Assembly (NCBI GenBank): GCA_964409225.1
Contig: CAYPCM010000003.1
Location: 1-58,908 of the forward strand
Source of the DNA: an uncultured Candidatus Saccharibacteria bacterium
GTDB lineage: Bacteria > Patescibacteriota > Minisyncoccia > JACPXH01
Length of the DNA: 58,908 nt
Reading direction: 5' to 3'
This document shows, in pieces, positions 55,110 to 58,908 of this stretch. Numbering within the stretch: position 1 is the stretch's first letter; each line of letters begins with the position of its first letter. A model generated the notes under the pieces. The model was not told the origin of the DNA. It saw nothing but the letters and a program-made list of their open reading frames with translations, and did not search any database. A program made the translations under genes and the position numbers.

Positions 55110-56172
55110 GGTTGAACGCGGAAATGATTCGATCGGCGAGTGCCGAAAGATTGTGCTCTTTGACTACAATCTCCCGTAGCGCCTGACCGAGTTCGCGGCG
55201 TTCCTCTGGCGCCATCCGCCGGAGCTGCTCAAGCCGATCAGCAAGCTCATAGGCGTTGTCTTTCTCAAACGTAAGCAGATGCGTCCAAGGAGAGAGCATC
55301 TGCCTGAATGCCTCGGAAGAACTAACTACTGGCAGCCCGCACGCCATGGCTTCGAGCACTACTTTGTCCATGCTGCCGGTTTCGGAACTATGCACGAGAA
55401 CGTCTGCTTCCTGATACGAACGCACAATCCTATCATGCGCGACTCCGCCCAAAAACTGCACCGCCACCTCAACCCCGCGGTCGCGCGCCAAGCGCCTTAG
55501 TTTTTCGCGATACGACCCCTGCCCGGCCAGACCCGGATCGCCGATGATGGTTAGCGTAACGCCTTCTCGCTCTTCCGGTGCCATAACGGCAAGCGCGGCT
55601 ATGGGCAGTTCATAACGCTTGACCGGCGAAAGGCGTCCGACGGCAATCATTCGAAACCGCCGGCCAGAAGCCCTCTCCGACAAAATGTCCGCAGCCGGCC
55701 TAAACTCCTCCGTATCAATGCCGTGCCCCACCACGCGCGTTTTCTGGCTGGGGAGACGAAAACTTTCGGGCGAAGCCGTAAGCACAACGTCGGCTAGGCG
55801 ATGCATAAGCCGAAGTTTGAAATCAACGGATTTATGCGTGTACCAAGACACGAGCCGTCGCCGCCTCATCTTCGCCCACGGCGCAGCCAAAATCGTATAG
55901 ATCGGGTTTTGGTGACAGAACACGCCGTCTGCCTCGCGCGTAAGCTGCCAACCAAAACGCATGAACCCGAGCAGCTGGCGGAACTTTCCGGCGCCGGCTT
56001 CTTTGCCGAGCGAGAAAATTCTCACATTTGACGGCGCCACCCAGGTCCGGCGCTCCTGACAAATCACATCGAGACGCTGCACGCGTTCGGCCAACGCCGC
56101 AATCCAACGCACGGTAAAACCGGCGAGGGTGTCGGTGGGGTCAATTTTTCGCGTGATCATTAGGAGACGCAT
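55102..56172 (-). CDS. Glycosyltransferase family 4
   Basis: VGRLSPVK and GSMDKVVLEAMACG motifs. Confidence 0.92.
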   Translation of the reverse strand: MRLLMITRKIDPTDTLAGFTVRWIAALAERVQRLDVICQERRTWVAPSNVRIFSLGKEAGAGKFRQLLGFMRFGWQLTREADGVFCHQNPIYTILAAPWAKMRRRRLVSWYTHKSVDFKLRLMHRLADVVLTASPESFRLPSQKTRVVGHGIDTEEFRPAADILSERASGRRFRMIAVGRLSPVKRYELPIAALAVMAPEEREGVTLTIIGDPGLAGQGSYREKLRRLARDRGVEVAVQFLGGVAHDRIVRSYQEADVLVHSSETGSMDKVVLEAMACGLPVVSSSEAFRQMLSPWTHLLTFEKDNAYELADRLEQLRRMAPEERRELGQALREIVVKEHNLSALADRIISAFNHA

Positions 56173-56196
56173 GTCGTTTATTCGTTAACTATAAGT

Positions 56197-56317
56197 CATC
56201 TCAAAATTAGCTCACGCCATTATTGTTCAAGCTTGTCGAGAACAATAACTGCTTACATAAAGGCGTCTTCTCGACTTCGCTCGAAGAATAACGCCCCTTT
56301 TTGAGAATTTTGAGATG
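56197..56317. repeat. Nested palindromic element
   Basis: Outer perfect 12-bp arms CATCTCAAAATT/AATTTTGAGATG. Inner arms TTATTGTTCAAGCTTGTCGAGAA and TTCTCGACTTCGCTCGAAGAATAA are shared with 6405-6516. Confidence 0.75.
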
Positions 56318-56330
56318 GGTTCTAGTTGGC

Positions 56331-57473
56331 TTACTTTGCTTGGAAGGCAACCCGCTGCCAAAACGCGATCATGCGGCTGATGACAAAATCGGGGTCGAAT
56401 CGCTTACGGAGAATCGCGGCTGCGTTTTCGCCAAGCCGATGCGCTTCGTCCGGATGCTCGAGCGCCCACGCCAGTCGCTCAGTAAGTGCCGAGGTGTCCC
56501 CCACCGGCACGAGCCAGCCCGACTTGCCGTCCGAAACGATATCCTGCGCACCGATCGTGGCGGTCGCGATGACCGGACACCTCGCCATCCCCGCTTCGAT
56601 GAGCACCTTGCCTAAACTCTCGGCATAGGAAACGAGCACCGTTACCGCAGCAGCCCCATACAGTGCCGGCAGCTCCTCCTGGGAGATGCTTCCGAGGAAC
56701 GAAACGTCAGCCGCGATGCCCAACCGCGCTGCCCGGCGCTCGAGCGCTGCGCGCTCGGGGCCGTCGCCGACCATAACGAGGGCTGCGCGATGGGTACTGC
56801 GAACCGCCGCAAATGCATCCAACAGCATCGGCACGTTCTTAATTTTCACGAGGCGTCCCACGAAAAGCACGATGGGCCGCCCGGCCCAACGCGCTCGAAC
56901 TTTCTCAACTGCCGTCTGCTCCGGCTCGGCAAAACGATCAAGTACCACGGGTGTAGGAATCACTGTTATGCGCTCGGCTGGAATTCCGGAACGCCGCAAC
57001 GCGCCGGCTATGCCCGCAGAAATCGGCCGCAGGCCGTCAGCGCGCCTAACCACATACGACATAATCGGCCGGCAGAAAAAATAGACCAGCGACTCGCGCC
57101 AGTACACGGCGTTGCCCCAAAAGTCGCCGTGCAAATCAACAATAAGCGGGATGCCAAAACGCCGCTTAACCCGCAAACCGACAAGGCCGGTAAACAAAGG
57201 GTCTTGGGCCACAACCAAATTCGGCCGGTGACGCTCGCAGATGGCGCGGCCAATCCGCCAGGCGTCAACGGGGCGGCTCAAGCGGAAACGCGAATTGGTG
57301 GGCCAAATATCCACCTTGGCACTCGGGCTGGCCGGAAGAAAACCGCGCGGCGAAAAGACGATAATATCGAGTTTGCCCACGCGCTCGCCGTATTTTACGT
57401 GGCGCGTCAAAACATCCCCGGCACCAGGGACGCCGAGAAAACCGCGATCTAGACTGATCATGAGAACGCGCAT
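56331..57473 (-). CDS. Glycosyltransferase family 4
   Basis: FVGRL...K and ESLGKVLIEAG motifs. Confidence 0.92.
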   Translation of the reverse strand: MRVLMISLDRGFLGVPGAGDVLTRHVKYGERVGKLDIIVFSPRGFLPASPSAKVDIWPTNSRFRLSRPVDAWRIGRAICERHRPNLVVAQDPLFTGLVGLRVKRRFGIPLIVDLHGDFWGNAVYWRESLVYFFCRPIMSYVVRRADGLRPISAGIAGALRRSGIPAERITVIPTPVVLDRFAEPEQTAVEKVRARWAGRPIVLFVGRLVKIKNVPMLLDAFAAVRSTHRAALVMVGDGPERAALERRAARLGIAADVSFLGSISQEELPALYGAAAVTVLVSYAESLGKVLIEAGMARCPVIATATIGAQDIVSDGKSGWLVPVGDTSALTERLAWALEHPDEAHRLGENAAAILRKRFDPDFVISRMIAFWQRVAFQAK

Positions 57474-57477
57474 ACGA

Positions 57478-57596
57478 AAATTTCTAATTCCTAATGTCTA
57501 ATTTCTAATGAATGTCTAATGATAAATCTCTTTCGTCGTTTGGGGTTTAGTCATTGGGGCTTGATTTGACATTAGAAATTAGGAATTAGACATTCA
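57478..57596. repeat. 7-nt-periodic palindromic element (same family as 1134-1277); contains the stop codon of the upstream GT4
   Basis: Left arm aatttct-aattcct-aatgtct-aatttct-aatgaat; right arm tgacatt-agaaatt-aggaatt-agacatt. Confidence 0.8.
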
Positions 57597-58731
57597 TCCT
57601 CGTTGCCTTCCCCAAAATCGCGATAGTTTCGGTCATCATCCGCTCGAACGAAAACCGCTCTAGACCCGCAAACGCGTTTGCGGCAAGCCGTTCGCGCAGT
57701 GCGGGATCGGCCATTAGTTTTCGGATGGCGTCTGCTGCCGCCGCAGGTGTCGGTTCGACCACGAGGCCGCTTACGCCGTCTTCCACGACCTCGCGGTTGC
57801 CGCCAGCAGACGAGACGACAACCGGCGTGCGCGCCGCCATAGCCTCAAGCACCGTGTGCGGCAATCCTTCATAGGCAGAAAGCAATGCAAAAACATCCGC
57901 CCCTGCCAGATATTCGAACACCTGCCCGCGCGGCAAACGGCCGGTAAACCTAACCCGCCCCGAAATACCTTCATGTCCCGCAATCCGCTCAAGCCGAGAG
58001 CGATCCGGCCCGTCGCCAATAATAACAAGTCGCACGCCGTTGAGTCGCACCACTGCCGCAATCAAAGTGTCAAATCCCTTCCACGGCACCAGCCGCCCTA
58101 CGGACACGACGACCGATCCGGAAAAGTCCAACTCGCGGCGCGCCGCGTCCCGCTCCGGGACTGTGAGTGCGTCAAACGCATTATAAACCACCACGATCCG
58201 CTCCGGCCCGACTCCCCAACCCGCAACGATACGGGCAAGGTACTGACTCGGCACGATGACGCGGCTCGCGCTACGCGCGACCAGCCGTTCGAAGAACCGG
58301 AGCAGCCGCACGCGAAGCCCGCCTGCGCTCCGGCGTTGGAACTCGTCAATGCCGTGGCGGCCGCCTGCATGCTGGTACGCCTCCCAAGCGTAATCACCCA
58401 CCACTTTTACGACGAAGGGAACCCCTGTCTTCCGACTCACCCACAATGCAGGCAACCCGCTACCAATGGGCCCCTGCGCGTAGATAACGCTTGCTTCATG
58501 CGTCCAGGCGGCGAGTGCGCGCGTATACGCACGGTACTGCCCGAACTTGCCACGGCGCACGACACGCACGACAGGAAACGAGTACGGCCGCCCGTCCGCA
58601 CGATCGCTGTAACAGACAAGCCGCACCGGCACGCCGCGCCGATGCAGTTCCTCGGCGAGCGATTCCGAGTAGCTCGCGGGGCCCCCGATGTCGGGCGGAA
58701 AAATTTCAGCGGCGATGAGAATACGAATCAT
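57586..58731 (-). CDS. Glycosyltransferase family 4
   Basis: FPPDIGGPA, GRLVPWKG and YEGLPHTVLEAMAA motifs. Confidence 0.92.
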   Translation of the reverse strand: MIRILIAAEIFPPDIGGPASYSESLAEELHRRGVPVRLVCYSDRADGRPYSFPVVRVVRRGKFGQYRAYTRALAAWTHEASVIYAQGPIGSGLPALWVSRKTGVPFVVKVVGDYAWEAYQHAGGRHGIDEFQRRSAGGLRVRLLRFFERLVARSASRVIVPSQYLARIVAGWGVGPERIVVVYNAFDALTVPERDAARRELDFSGSVVVSVGRLVPWKGFDTLIAAVVRLNGVRLVIIGDGPDRSRLERIAGHEGISGRVRFTGRLPRGQVFEYLAGADVFALLSAYEGLPHTVLEAMAARTPVVVSSAGGNREVVEDGVSGLVVEPTPAAAADAIRKLMADPALRERLAANAFAGLERFSFERMMTETIAILGKATRMNV

Positions 58732-58794
58732 GCAAGTATAGAATGATGAGCCGCCGCATGTCGGCTAAGCAAAATTTCGCGCAGCCGCGATACC

Positions 58795-58862
58795 TTAATC
58801 CCAAAATCAATGCTCTCGAACGCGGCGAGCGAAAGCGGCGAAGGGACGTAAGCTCGAATACT
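58795..58862. repeat. Partial relative of the 6375-6545 element
   Basis: Reverse complement contains TAGTATTCGAGC (12 nt identical to about 6454-6465) and CGCGTTCGAGA..TTTTGGGATT, resembling CGCGTCGAGAA..TTTGGATT. Confidence 0.4.
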
Positions 58863-58908
58863 ACATGGGGTGGCGACCGCGGTTTTGCGTGCCGACTGCG
58901 GCGGCTCT

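Noticed and set aside
1-58908. CRISPR array, tRNA, rRNA, transposase or prophage genes
   Set aside because: I saw no regularly spaced direct repeats, cloverleaf or rRNA signatures, or integrase, transposase or phage ORFs.
58728-58908. Open minus-strand frame ending in an ATGA overlap with the last GT4
   Set aside because: It has no recognisable motif, part of it matches a repeat family, and it is truncated by the window edge.

Overview
The window has three parts. (1) 1-6.5 kb: a minus-strand glycolysis/pentose-phosphate operon (fba partial, PfkB kinase, split transketolase, rpe, rpiB, gap). Nearly every spacer in it holds a palindromic miniature element. (2) 6.5-9.8 kb: a redox module (TrxB, glutaredoxin, RnfD/NqrB-like membrane protein, CuA cupredoxin, DsbA). 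(3) 9.9-58.7 kb: a very large surface-glycan locus. It encodes a WaaL/PglL-like ligase with TPRs, a Wzx-like flippase, GT4/GT2/GT9 glycosyltransferases, at least six large multipass putative GT-C proteins (three are tandem paralogues), CDP-sugar and possible branched-chain-sugar enzymes, a carbamoyltransferase, four methyltransferases and a B12-type radical SAM enzyme. Gene content, translational coupling and repeat types suggest a Patescibacteria/CPR (Parcubacteria-like) genome; this is inference, since no marker gene is present. The most unusual observations are a GT4-GT-C fusion joined by a 7-bp DNA repeat; an RfbH-like His enzyme lacking the Fe-S cysteines, next to an internally deleted canonical rfbH; a YerE-like ThDP enzyme plus a second split transketolase; a transaldolase-like remnant; and nested palindromic elements. 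I saw no rRNA, tRNA, CRISPR array, transposase or phage gene. All family calls come from motif recognition by eye, not from database searches.
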